64,000 bases of DNA from Camelus ferus (lineage: Eukaryota), in the NCBI RefSeq assembly GCF_009834535.1, contig NC_045696.1, forward strand, positions 16,990,001 through 17,054,000. The letters run 5' to 3'. A program made the position numbers and the translations under genes. Below the pieces are notes generated by a model. The model worked only from the letters and a program-made list of their open reading frames with translations, was not told where the DNA came from and made no database searches. Below are positions 1 through 13,373 of this stretch, one piece after another; within the stretch, counting starts at the first letter, position 1, and every line of letters starts with the position of its first letter.

Positions 1-3000
1 TCCTACGACCCACATATTAAGTATCGATTTTATTTACCTCATTCACTAGTCAGAGCACAAAACTGACTATCTCATTGTGAAAGTCTCCCTACTTGAAACA
101 AGGTAGGGACTGAGCAAGATGGTTAAGCCTCTCTCCTCCAGTGAAGAAAACCACCTAATTATCACTGTCAACAGTCATGCCAAGAAGAGAGTGTCTTGGG
201 CATACTGGTTGCTGCACTGTTTGAGCTGAAATTTGTTCTGGACTACTGGTTCAGAATTCATAATAAGTACAAATGCCTCACTGAAATTCATAGACATTGC
301 CTAGTTACTATTACTGTACTATTGCCTAAAAAAGAATGAAGATATAATGTTAATTCATTATTTCTGTTATTAACGCATAAATAAAAATGAAATATCTCTA
401 AATGTTAAATTTGCTCTTATTATCCATGGTACTGAGGGGGAAATCCAGCTTTAGTTTGCAAAAAGTAATTTTCTACTTTGCACTAGTCAGTTAAAACTGC
501 CTTCCTTTTAGCAGTCTTGTCTATGGAATATTTTACTATGCCAAGATTTTACTGTGTTTCTGGAAATCCAGATTTATTAATGAAACTGAAGCTGTGCTAA
601 AAATTCAACTCTTGCAGGGCATAATGATATTGCACATCGTATGTAAATTATAATGTTTCAAAAACTTTTGTTTATCATTTGTAGAGCCTGGTTTTATCCA
701 TGGTTTCCAGGCAATTTATCCAAGCCTTAGATTGTGGATTATGGCATCCTAGGCATGAATTATCTCCCGGCCTTCCTTGGGAGACAGAAAGATCCACACA
801 TTCACGATACAAAGAACCACAGTGGTCCCACCATATGGGATTTTTGGCTCTGTTGGAGACACCAAGTTCCTAGTTAACATTTTAGGATAAATCAGTAACA
901 ATAGGGCAAGTTAATGCTAAGGTCACTGGGCTGGTGACTTTGGAACAACTATTTTACACAATTGCACAAATGGATTTTATTTTAACCAGTAAAAGAAATA
1001 TGTTAACTAATTAGCAATAATTTATCATGTGCATGCATGTCAAATAGGATCTTATTCATAGTTTTCAAGTCCAATACCCTCCAGAACATCTCCAAATTAT
1101 ACCAGACTGAGGCTGAGCCATATTTTCATGGCCTGCTGCCTTTATTTAAAATAATTAAGGTAAAAAAAATACTTTAATGACACTGGGAATGATAGCATTT
1201 GTCTTTAGTGAATGCTTAGAAAATGTTGCATATTCTGTAGCCATAAAAGGGTGTGTGACAAATATTCTCACCTGGATACTAAGCAAGCAGTGCCCCGTAT
1301 GAATTTAGACAGAACATGAAATCTGGAGAACAAGAGATACATATTTTATCTGTTAATAAATTATTAATAAATTTATGAGAATCTGCATGTGGTGCAATAA
1401 AAAGGGCTTTGTTCTATATTGTTTCTTGAAATAATTTTCTCTGTGCTTTTCTTTTCCAATATTGTAAGCTTAAACTTCTTAGGCCTGTTTTAATTCTGAT
1501 AGCAAATGCTGGAATTCCAGTGCTTAGAAACTTGAGAATTCTCCCCATGAAAAGAAGCTCAGAAAAATATTAAGGGGAAAGTATGCAAGTTCCTACATCA
1601 ATACATCTTCAGGAACACTTGATAATCTCAATTTTTGGAGGCCTGTTCTTGTTTTAATTTATACTTCGCTGAGTATTAGTCTCACCAGAGGTGGAAACTG
1701 CTAATGTGCAACAGAAGAAAAATATAGAATGTGGAACTGATTGCCATTTAGAAATTATTCTAAAAGCATATTACTAGGCAGAGTAAAATAATTTATCTCC
1801 TAGGTAATAATGAATATCACGTGTGTGTCTAATTTTATTATGTGAAAGGCAGTATTAGAAGGATTTGTTTATTTGGTTTGCTGTTTAAGGTCTGATGCAT
1901 CTATTCCCTCAGAAAGAAATTTAAAACTTCACGGTGATATTGAACAATTCTTATACAGATCTGCATTAATATAACTTCCTTATAAAATTACTTATTAAGG
2001 AAAGCAGCTACTTATTTAAATTAGATTTGGAGAACCCAGACTTAAGTAATTTACAGGCATGGTGAGTCTGTGAACTTGCAGATTTAACAGAAACCATTTC
2101 TAGAAAATTATCAGCGACCTAGATGTGCACAGATCTGAAATCAACTAAACTTTGAGGTAATTGACTGAAATTCCTTTCCTCTAACAGCTGTACAGTGAGC
2201 TGCTACGGTTATTGAAAGAGTCTGATTAAGGCAATATTACAGCATATTTTAAAACCGTACTGAGAGTAATTTAACGTGGTTTAGCAGGCACTTCTATATT
2301 TTGTAGTGACCCAGGGACATATAAATGTGTAATACAAAAAAGATGCAGCAAAGCAGATGCAAAAAAGTAAAAGAATCATTTCACAATGTATTTACCTGGT
2401 AAATTAAATTTCCTTTGCCAACCTAATTTTAACTGATTTTTTGAAAACTGTAAGATAGAATCTAATGTGGATGATAATTTCTGGCATATACTTGTTATGA
2501 TATGTAAGAAATATCTCTCTAAATTTGAGTTTTGCATGTTTCCTTTTAATGGAGTAAGCTATTTAGTAGAATTATATTATTTGGCATTGTAAATACCATG
2601 AACAAGACCCATTTTGAATATCTGTTTAGTCATATGAAGGTATTTACAATATGCATGCAAATACACATATATATGCTATATATATAAAATTTCTTGGTTT
2701 ACCATATACAAACCAAGACATATTTATATATGAGATATATTTCATTCTTATATATCTATAATTTGATAATAATAATAATAATGAGTCTAAAGAGTCTGAG
2801 GCTTAAAGGAATTAACAGAATTTCTTAAAATTATGCACCTTATATGTAGGAAAGGCAAAATCAAAATTTAATTTTTTCTGAATCAGTACTGGAGCTATCT
2901 GATATGGCATTCTTCTCTTCTAGACTCTGGCAAATCAATTCCACATTATTTTATTTTCTGTTCTATCCACTAAACACAAAAGAAGACTAGCAGCTCTTAA

Positions 3001-4639
3001 CTTACTTATGTACTTGTAGCAATCATAAAGCATTAAGATGGACAGATCCACGTGTAGACAGCTCTTCCTCCTACTTATGATTATGAATTAAAGCAACAAT
3101 GTTATCAGAAAAATAGCTTCAAACATAGCACTATTGCCAGAGTTATATGATGTCAACCCTATTTTAATCAAAGTTTCAACCAAGTCTTCCTATTTTTACT
3201 ACACATTTTCACAGTGTATTTCCTTTTCTTTGATAAATTTCTGAGTTAAATTTCATCGTTGTAATCTAAAGAATAAAAAGTGGGTGATATTATCTTTTGC
3301 TACATCGAAATCCATCCACCTTTATGTGGAAGGTGCAAAATAATTCAAACCTAAGTAATTTTGCCATGTCACGAAATGATTAAACTTCTCTAGTGGGAAT
3401 ATAAATCTATGAAAATAAAACTGGATTTTCAAAATCACTTTCCTGAATCTGTGTTTTCTAGCAGTGCTTTATTTAAAAAATAAAAAAAATAATAATAAAT
3501 AATCCTGTCTTTCAGCCTAAGACTCCAAGAATGGATAGGAAGCAATGAAACCGTATTTTTTAATTACATATTTTGTTTTACAATATTTTCTAATATTAGC
3601 CAATATTTCAAAAGGAACTCAAAGAAAATGAACAATACCTTAAGTTATAGGGAACTTCATTTACTCATTCATCTTAAGAGTTTGCACTCAAGATTTCTTC
3701 ATCCTGCTTTTAATAAGCAGATGATGGCTTGTGCTGGATTGATAGAAACTGAGAAGGAAGAAAAACAGAATACACAAAAATTAGAGAAATTTTGAACCAG
3801 GAATTTCTTAGAGCAGAAAGCTCTCTGATTCACAGTTGATGATAATATTTTATAGTCACCCATAATTCAAACTTTCTAGAAGTCCTATTCTTATGGATTG
3901 TTCTGTGATAAATTCAATCACAGGTTACTTATATATCAACTGGAGACACCAGATGTCATCTCCTCTTTCGATCCAACTCTTGATATATGATAGCCTTTTC
4001 CAAAGCTGCACGTCTTCGATATAGGTATTTATGTCCCATGAAAAATATTCAGGGATTTACTTGTATGTTTTAATTACTTGGCTTGATAAGGAATCCACAC
4101 TGAAACAATATTTTCCTTTGTACAATCTTTCCCATCACTTTGTTAAGGATAACAATGATTTTTGGTTTTTACTTAGATCAACAAAGTATGGTGAACAATT
4201 CTGAATTGCATTAAATGTTATATATGTATTTAAATGGAATTGTGTATTGTGGTACAATTGCTCATAAAAACAAAACCAGAATAAAATGCATTCCAGATAG
4301 AGATTTGGGGATCGAGTTCACTTTTATAATGGTGATAGTTTGTATATCTTTAGCCTTTTTTAAAGGCTTTCAAAGAGCTTTATCATGTTAAGGTTGAAGT
4401 AATTATGCTTCAATTTACATAATCTCAAATCAAATAAAATTGTCTCTACGTTACAGATGAGGTGATTGCTTTGTTTTACAGTTCTACAATGAGCAACTGT
4501 AGTTTTACCACAACCTCAATTTCTAGATTGCTTTAAAAGCTGAACGATTTGACTTAAAAGGCCAATAATCCTATGCGTTTTAACTTCATGTTAACTTCAC
4601 CGAATTCACTGAAGATTTTGTCTTCCTTTCTCCTGGCAT

Positions 4640-5010
4640 CTGTCGTTAATCATTGCGAACTGAACCTCCACAGGGATCAGCTGTCTAACACCCAGGTTAT
4701 CTCATCTCCAGTGGCCTCTTGTCCTCCTCCAGCTCAGCTATCTGCTGCCACGACCACTCTGTACACTTGTCATCTCCAGACTTTGGGCCATTGTCGTAAT
4801 TTTATTATGGGAAGTTTGCTTCCCAACCACATCTTAGCCTCCATCTCCTTTGCTCAAGAAACTTACTGCCTCAATCATTCAATTTCATTAGTACTCTCAG
4901 GCCATTTTCCTCAATAATTTCATAATGATTCAGGTATCCTCCGACATCACTTTCTTTGTGTAACCTAGATTCCATATGTAACATTACAAACAATCCTTCA
5001 AACATCTTCA
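4640..5010 (+). mobile_element. LINE-2 internal fragment (degenerate)
   Basis: Pyrimidine-rich block; TGCCACGACCACTCTGTACACTTGTCATCTCC resembles the L2 endonuclease-region 'HGHTLDLVIT' coding segment. Confidence 0.45.
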
Positions 5011-5074
5011 ACCACTATAAATAGTGTTATCATTACTATCACTATCACAATTGTTATTACTGATGACTTCTCAT

Positions 5075-5650
5075 AACTTCTCTGCTACCCTAGTCAAACC
5101 CACCTTCATCTCTTCCCATCCCCACAACAGCCTTGTAAAGTGTTTCCCCACTTCTGTACCTTTCTAATATCAACACAGCAATACGATTGATTTTTTAATG
5201 TGTATAAATTGCATCACTTATCTTTCGTGCTCATAGTACTGTCGATGTTTCCTTATTCTACTTGAAATAAAATATGAACTCATATCTATATCTCCAGTAC
5301 CAGCTTATGCTATCTACTTCCCATCTAAACTAAATTTCTGTTAATTTCCTCACATAGCAAAGGGCTGCCCCATGTTTCTGGTCTGCTCTGCTGTCCCGTG
5401 ATTTCTATGACTATACCCTTCCCAGTGTTTAAATCTCCCAATCAATGTTACCTCCACAGAGAGAACTTCTCCAATTATCTTCTTAAAAAAGGCACAGACA
5501 TATTATTCTCTACCTCAGCTCTTTATTTATTTCTTTCACATAAAATATAACAAATCATAAACAGAAACTCCAAGCAACTGGGGCTATGTGTCATAGTTAT
5601 ATGGCCCGTACCTAGCCCACAGAAGCTCCTAAAAAATTATTTGTTAAAGA
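5075..5650 (+). mobile_element. LINE-2 3' fragment
   Basis: L2-like blocks: CCCTAGTCAAACCCACCTTCATCTCT, AATGTTACCTCCACAGAGAG, and a tail AAACTCCAAGCAACTGGGGCTATG...TATTTGTTAAAGA. Confidence 0.55.
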
Positions 5651-5829
5651 CTATTAATGTAATGTTGTGAATGGCTCAGAACTTCTAAAGTTGCTAGGCT
5701 CAAGCTATGATTATTTAGCGCTCAAGATAAATTTTTTCCCTCATCCAATGGGCAAAAGTAGACATGATCACAATACTCATAGAAACTAATAAATTTTTAA
5801 TGTTTATTATGTGATATTGGGAAAATCCA

Positions 5830-7100
5830 TTTATTTATATTGAAGAATAGTTGATTTATAATATTTATATTAGTTTCAGGTGTACAACATAGTGATAGAG
5901 ATTTTTACAGATTATACTTTACTTAAAGTTATTATAAAATATTGGCTATATTCCTTGTGCTGTGTAATATATCCTTGTAGCTTATTTATTTTATATATAT
6001 TTATTTTTATTGAAGTACAGTTGATTTACAATATTGTGTTAATTTCTGGTGTACAGCAAAGTGATTCAGTGGTATACATTACATTATTTTTCATATGTTT
6101 TCATTACGGTTTATTAAAGTATATTGAATATAGTTCCCTGTGCTATGAAGCAGGACCCAGTTGTTTATGTTATATATAGTAGCTTTTATATGCTAATCCC
6201 AAATTCCCAGTTTATGCCTCCTCCATCCCCTTTCCCCTTTGGTAACCATAAATATGTTTTTTTGTCTGTGAGTGTTTCTGTTTTGTAAATAAGTTCATTG
6301 GTCTTATTTTTTTAGACTTTCCATATAAGTGATATTATATGGTATTTATTTTTCTCCATCTGACTTACTTCACTTAGGATAATCTAATTCCATCCATGTC
6401 ACTGCAAATGGCATTGTTCCCTTCTTTTTTATGGCTGGGTAATAGTCCACTATATACATATATCACAACTTCTTTATACAGTTATCTGTCAATGGACATT
6501 TAGGTTGCTTCCATGTCTTAGCTATTGTAAATAGTGCTGCTATGAACATTGAGGTACGTGTGTCTTTTTGAATTATATTTTTCTCCAAGAGTTGGATTGC
6601 TGGATCATAAGTTAAGTCATGTATTTTCAACATTTTTAGGAATCTCGATGCTGTTTTCCACAGTAGCTGCATCAATTTACATTCCCACCAACAATGTAGA
6701 TGGGTTCCCTTTTATCCTCATCTTCTCTGGCATTTGTTATTTGTAGATGTTTTAATGATGTCCATTCTGACCAGTGTAAGGTGATACTTCATTATAGTTT
6801 TGATTTGCTTTTCTCTAGTAATTAGCTAAGTTGAGTATCTTCTCATGTGCCTGTTGACCATCTTTATGCCTTCTTTGGAGAAATGTTTATTTAGGTCTTC
6901 TGCCCATTTTTTGATTGGGTTGTTTGGTTTTTTTTGTTATTGAGTTTTATGAGCTGTTTGTATATTCTGGAAATTAAGCCCTTGTCAGTTGCATCATTTG
7001 CAAATACTTTCTCCCAGTCCATAGGCTGTCTTTTCCTTTTGTTTATGGTTTCCTTTGCTGTACAAAAGCTTATAAGTTTGATTAGGTCTCATTTGTCCAT
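5830..7100 (-). mobile_element. 5'-truncated LINE-1 (cetartiodactyl type) with two tandem 3'-end modules (5830-5998 and 6001 onward) and ORF2 C-terminus
   Basis: Minus-strand ORF 6463-6675 reads LWKT...YDPAIQLL...KDTRTSMFIAALFTIAKTWKQPKCP, the L1 ORF2 C-terminus; typical TTGAAGTACAGTTGATTTACAATATTGTGTTAATTTC tail; possible TSD TCCATTT (5826-5832 and 7096-7102). Confidence 0.93.
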
Positions 7101-7539
7101 TTTGAAAAAAGTAAATTTACTATTTTTATTTTCTGTTTAGGCCAAAAAGCCTCAAAATGGCAAAACAATTTTCTTTTAGGTTTTCAACTGACCATATTTC
7201 TGTCTAGGAATTTGGCAATAGATATGTGATTCTGAGTCCTCTATATCCCTGTCATCATGGATTTTGTCAAAAGAAGGGGACAAAAGAAGTGTTATCTGAT
7301 TAGTTAATAATTTTATCAACCATAAAGATCAGGTCAAGTTGTAATACATAAATCTATCAAAGCTTTAAAGATCTTTTGTTGATTTTTAAAAAGAACAAAG
7401 TTGATATTTAACATAATTTTATGGGTTATGTTTGTTCATGGAGTCAAAATAAAAGCAAAAATGTAATGATTTTCTATCCTTTATTTTCCTAGTAGAGCCA
7501 ATATGATGTCTGTCTGCATTCTGACCAATCATAATATTT

Positions 7540-9578
7540 TCTTCTTCCAGTTTTATTGAGATATAATTGACATGCAACATTGTATAAATTTAAAGTGTAC
7601 AGCATAATAATTTGACTTGCATACATCATAAAGTGATTGTCATAATAAATTTAGTGACTATTCATCATCTCATAGATACAAAATTAAGTAAATAGAAAAA
7701 ATTCCTTGTGATGAAAACCCAGAATTTACTCTCTTAACTTTCACATATATCATAAAGCAGTGCTAATTATATTTATGATGTTGTACATTACATCCCTAGT
7801 GCTTCTTTATCTTATAATTGGAAGTTTGTACCTCTTGACTGCCTTCATCCATTTTCCCCTTCTCCCATCCCCTTCCTAATTAACCACAGATCTGACCTCT
7901 TTTTCTATGAGTTTGTTTTTATGTTTGCCTTTGAAGTATAATTGACTTACAATATTGTGTTAGTTCTTGTTACAAAACATAGTGATTTGATATTTCTATA
8001 CATTTTGAAATGATCACCATGATAAGTTTAGTCACCATTTATCACCATACAAAGATACTACATAGTTATTGACTATATTCCCACACTGTACATTTCACAC
8101 CCATTCATTTATTTTGCAACTGAAAGATTGTATCCCTAATCCTCCTTACTTATTTCTTCCCCCAGCCCCCTCCCCTCTGCTTATCATGTTAGTTCTCTGT
8201 ATCTATAGATCTCTTTCTGTTTTGTTATGTTTGTTCATTTGTTTTGTTTTTAAGATTCCATGTATAAGTGAAATCATACAGTATTTCTCTGTCTGCTTTA
8301 TTTAACTTAGCATAGTACCCTCAAGGTTTATCCATATTCTTTCGAAGGGCAAGATTTTATTCTTTTTTTATGGCTGAGTAATTTTCTATTGTGTGTATGT
8401 GTGTGTGTGTGTGTATCTATATACACACGTACATATTTATACATATGTATCTCATCTTCTTTATCCATTCATCTATTTATGGTTACTTACATTGCTTCCA
8501 TATCTTGGCTATTGTAAATAATATTGCCATAAACATAAGATTACATATATCTTGTCTTAATTAGTGTTTTCTTTTTCTTCAAATAAATACTGGGAGAGGA
8601 ATTGCTGGATCATATATTAGTTCTATTTTTTAGTTTTTTGAGGAAACTTCATACTGTTTTCCATAGTGGCTGCATCAATTTCATTCTCATCAACAGTGAT
8701 GAGGGTTCACTTTTCTCCACATCCTCGCCAATACTTGTTATTTGTTGTCTTTTTAATAATAGCCTTTCTGATAGGTGTGAGGTGATGACTGACTGTGGTT
8801 TTGATTTGCATTTCTCTGATGATTACTGGATTTGAGGATATTTTTTCATTTTCATGTGCCTGTTGGCCATCTCTGTTTTCTTTGTGAAAATATCTATTCA
8901 TTTTGCCCATTTTTTAATTAGGTTTTTTTGTTCTTCTTTTTGATGATGAGTTGTATGAGTTCTTTATATATATTGGATATAATGTTTGCAAATATCTTCT
9001 TCCATTCAGCAGGTGGCCTTTTCATTTTGTTGATAGTTCTCTTTGCTGTGCAAAACTTTTTAGTTTGATGTAGTCTCATTTTATTAGTTTTGTTCTTGTT
9101 TCCCTTGCCTGAGGAGACAGAGCCCCAAAGAAATATTACCACAACTGATGTCAAAAGATTTCTGCCTATGTTTTCTTCTGGATGTTTTATGATTTCAGGT
9201 ATTACGTTTACGTCTTTAATCCATTTGAATTTATTTTTGTGCATGGTATGAGAAAGTAGTCAGTTTGATCCTTTTGCATGCATTTGTTGAGTTTTCCCAA
9301 AACCATTTATTGAAGAGGCTATCTTTTCTGCATTGGATATTCTTGCCTCTTTGTTGTAGATTAATTGACAATATAAATGTAGGTTCATTTTTAGGCTCTC
9401 TATTATGTTCCACTAATCTATGTATCTGTTTTGTTTGAGTGTTCGTTTTGTTTTGTTTTGGCCAGGAGCATACTGTTTTGATGACTGTACCTTTATACTA
9501 TACTTTGAAACCTGGAAGCATGGTATTTCCAGCTTTGTTCTTCTCTCTCAAGATTGTTTAGGCTATTCTTTTTTTTTC
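7540..9578 (-). mobile_element. 5'-truncated LINE-1 (L1MA9-like), disrupted ORF2 3' half plus 3' UTR
   Basis: Frameshifted minus-strand ORFs IREMQIKTT..HLTPIRKAIIKKTTNNKYWRGCGEK, KWIKDVNV and KDSLFNKWFWEN match L1 ORF2; degenerate TSD ACCAATCATAATATT (7524-7538) vs ACCAATGCGTAATATT (9582-9597). Confidence 0.93.
8390..8413. repeat. (TG)n microsatellite within L1 3' UTR
   Basis: Direct reading of the sequence. Confidence 0.85.
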
Positions 9579-9792
9579 ATAACCAATGCGTAATATTCTG
9601 ATGATTAAGAAAAATTTTTTAAAAAATTTACTTGACTAGTTTTATTTCCTCTGAATTCTTTTGAGTTAAAAATATGGCACTTATTGACTAAGAACCATCA
9701 TATTTTACTTCAAGAAAATCTAATACCTTTCAAAAGTTATAATTTTAATCCTAGCCCACAAAATTACTTCCTAACATTTCATTAAAAAACAA

Positions 9793-9877
9793 ATAACTGA
9801 AAAATTGTGCTGAACACTGGAATTTGACACAACATTGTAAAATGATTATAAATCAATAAAAAATGTTAAAAAAAAAC
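9793..9877 (+). mobile_element. Very short, young LINE-1 3' terminus with AATAAA and A-tail (camelid-like)
   Basis: ATAACTGAAAAATTGTGCTGAACACTGGAATTTGACACAACATTGTAAAATGATTATAAATCAATAAAAAATGTTAAAAAAAAA. Confidence 0.75.
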
Positions 9878-11929
9878 TTCTCCCAGCCAAAGATTCCTAT
9901 TTTTGAATTACAGTGCTGAAAGGCACATACAGAACCCACCTCCTTCAAAGCACAGATGATAAACTCCCTAAAATAGAATTTTAAAATCCTTAAGCACTTA
10001 GAAATGCTACAAAGTTAGCAATTCTTAGGTGAAAATATTCCTCCTATGGGATCATGCAACGTTCTTAAAATTAATTCAGCACATATGTATAAATAACCTT
10101 TTTTTAAAACTTTGTATTTGAAATGCAGACACAGTGACACAGAAGACAAACCTGAGAAATGCCACAGCTTAATATATTTTATGTCACTGCCTTCATTAGA
10201 GGCTGTATCATCGCTACCATTTTCAAAGACTTGAACCAAAAAATGGGTAATTACAGAGGAAATAAAATATTTTCTTTCTTTCTTTTGTGACAATATTTCC
10301 TTCACCTCTAACATTGATTCTTTTATAAGGATGCTAAGTAAATTATATATTTTTCATTTATTTTGCAGGGCTGAGAGCAGGGCTATTCAAATGCTTCTAC
10401 TAAATTTGATGCAGCTTATTTAGGGACCAGGTACATTTTTTTCTCTGAAGACATTGGGTCAAACATGTTTAACCACAAAGGCAAATGGAATTTTAAGAGG
10501 TAGATTTTTTTTCCCAGGATGCAATCCGTTAATAGGTGTATTGTCAAGAAAGTAAAAACAAGCACTGAGCATGTTCTCTTAGTTATAAGGGTCCAGTGAA
10601 AAGAAAATAAAAGATCAATATGATACTTGTTAGTCTGACTATTAACAGTCATGGTATTAGATGTTTTGTAACCAGTGCTTTATGACCCATAATAATATTT
10701 TTTGCCTGAAACATCAAGTCAATAGAATACTATGTTAATATGCTTATGTCTTCATGAGGTAAATGATTAAAATCAGTTAGCTGTGCCAAATACATTTGCC
10801 TCTGCATGGTTGTAGATTTATAAAGCGCATTTATTAGACTACACATTCAGGATTTGTGCATGTTCAAAGCATTTCTATAGAACATTTTATCATTAACCTT
10901 CCAATTACACCCAGCTTTGGGTTATAGGCAAATTAACCCTTAACAGTAAAAATTTTCAAATTTTTAATCCAAAATTAAGTGTTATATTTTTTCTGCTTTT
11001 ATGAAGTTGGGAGTAGAATATCTTTCTGTATCATCAATAGTAATTAAAAAAATCAAAAGCATTTAAATCAGAATTACACAAATAATATGTAAGAATTTAA
11101 CGCTGTATGCTCATAAACCCTAAAGTAATAAGCAACTTATAATACAAAGGTAATTATTTTAATTGCACATGACATCAAAAATTTCTGGTAAGTCTTTTCC
11201 CTAATTATACATTGTCAGGTTTCCATGGAAATAACTTTATATTTTAATGCTTAATTAGGTAATTATTTATTCATTTATCTGTCTACTATCAGAAAAATGG
11301 TGATCGTGGTGCTGCATGAACTTTAGCTTTCAAAAGAAATGGATTGAAAGGTAGTTTTCTTGGGTTTTTGTGTTTCATAAAATCTGTATCTCTATTAATG
11401 TTTATGGGATAAAATTTACTTTGCAAAGAAAAAAAAAAGTAAGTCCTCTGTGTAACATTTGTTTACTTATTAACAGATTAGGGTTCTACAATAGTTGGTG
11501 ATTTAATTTAAAAAATCCTTAAACTAAAAGGAAATTATGAATACATTATTTAAAATAACAAGTCCTCCCAAAATGATTAAAATTCAATAGTCAATGTAAT
11601 TTACCACGCACAGGTATCGGAACTCTCATTTGAAGCTGAGGATCATTTTGACTTGGTTTTTTTCCTGCCACTGGCACTTACAAGAAGCACATGTCCAGAT
11701 CTACACAAGATTTTCAGCTTCAAGATACTGAGATATTATTACATTCTAGAGAAAGTGGAGAGTGGTGATTTTGAAGGTTTTCCTCACTTCTCTGTATTTG
11801 GAGACATTTTTAACTGTAAAAGTAGTAACTATTAATCATTCTAACTGTTTAGAAAAATTATATTAACATTATGTCTCAGCAATTCTTTCATGTCTCTATT
11901 CATTTGTCTTAAATGTACAACCCACTGCT

Positions 11930-12359
11930 TGTGTGGTAGGGGTCACTGCACTATTTTGAGATCTAACTTTCATGGTGGATGCATGAAAGTCAGCTGGTAT
12001 AATTGGAATGCATGAGAGCCGATTCCCTGTGGTTGAGGTGTTACCAATAGGAGATGGTCGTCTTCATTCTTCCGTTCTTACCCCCACACTAAGATGGATT
12101 GGAGCTGCAGTAATTTTTATACCTTCTCTGAAGGTAATTTGTGAGAGAGAGCAATCAGACACTCTTATTACAAAGTCATGACCGGGTAGGTGAAGCCCTT
12201 TTTTTAATGTACTTTACTTCTTCCTTATTTCCCTTGCTCACTCTTTCCTGCTTCCCTGTGATTGCATTCTTATTAAAGTGTTTGTGTATAAACACATAGT
12301 ACATTGTGCTTTCTTTTTCCCCCTTAGAATCAGTTTTCTAGGGAAGCTGTACTAAGACA
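11930..12359 (+). mobile_element. ERVL-class solo LTR (LTR16-like), old
   Basis: Ends in TTTTCTAGGGAAGCTGTACTAAGACA, like the LTR16-family terminus, preceded by a pyrimidine block and ATTAAA. Confidence 0.55.
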
Positions 12360-12605
12360 ATCTCTAAGGAGAAATGGCATATTCAAATTATTTTAAAATA
12401 CGGCAATAAGAAAACTTTAGTGCTATTACTAAAGTATACGGTAATGAAAATTAGAAAAAGATATTGCTAAACAGGAAAGTAACCACAGAGGGTTTAAGAG
12501 TGGGTGAGAAATTAAGGTACGTGCTAGGAGGAGAAAAATGTTAACTCTAGAGATTTTAGAACATTATCCTGTGTTCTCTTAATAAGGGGCTTTCATACCT
12601 TAAAG

Positions 12606-13373
12606 CAAGTGTCAACAAACTCTGTTGAAGGCGTCCAGAACATATCATGCAAATGCGTGCTGCTTTGGTGTAAGAACTATTTTGAGCTGAAGGCAGCTGA
12701 GCATCAACAGATGCAGCATCAACAGATGCAGGAAGAGCTCTCTGCCTTCTCCTTATCTGCCTGAAAGCAGGGCGTAAATTTTCCTTTGAGAAAGATGTGT
12801 ACCTCCATCCCCACCCACACCTGCAAGAGAAGAGAGATTCTTCTTAGTCATCTAGATGCCTTGCATAAACAGACTTTACCAAAATAGACCTTATCATCCA
12901 CTAGTTCCCCCATTATTCCCTAGTCACATCCCCACAATTTATTGTCCCTTAAAGCTCAGATCCTCTTTCCTTTGTTAAAAGGGTATGTAAGCCCCAGAGT
13001 CTAACTGCTTTGATGAGTTTCACTTTTTTTATAATCTCCTATGCACATCAGTGTTAGTAAACGTCACGTACCATTTCTCCTAATTTGTCTTTTGTTAGTT
13101 TCATTTGCAGGTCCCCTGGTATTTTACTTAAGGGAGTAAAGCAAAAGATTTTCCTCGCTGATCTTCTAAAGGGGCAGACAGTAGTTGTTTTAGGTTAAAC
13201 ACTGGCCTAAAGAACTCGGAGACAATTACCCAACTTTGCCATTGTAGCATCCATGGATAGTATGTAAATCAATGACCATGACTGTTTCTCAGTAAAACAT
13301 TATTTAATAAAACAAGCCAGTGTAGGTTGGAGCAGTGAAAGATTTGACCTTTGAGGAGTAGTTCTGGACTCTG
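12606..13373 (+). mobile_element. MER58A-like hAT MITE split by an LTR (pieces 12606-12625 and about 13163-13373)
   Basis: CAAGTGTCAACAAAC start, then TAAAGGGGCAGACAGTAG...CAACTTTGCCATTGTAGC...AGTAAAACATTATTT...GTAGTTCTGGACTCTG follows the MER58A layout. Confidence 0.7.
12626..13162 (+). mobile_element. ERV1 solo LTR (MER34-like) nested in MER58A
   Basis: TGAAGGCGTCCAGAA...TATTTTGAGCTGAAGGC...GCAGGAAGAGCTCTCTGCC...TATCTGCCTGAAAGCAGGGC, typical of MER34; contains a 15-bp tandem duplication at 12701-12730. Confidence 0.75.

Noticed and set aside
4573..4917. 114-aa ORF
   Set aside because: Overlaps an L2-like remnant and has no recognisable domain in this frame.
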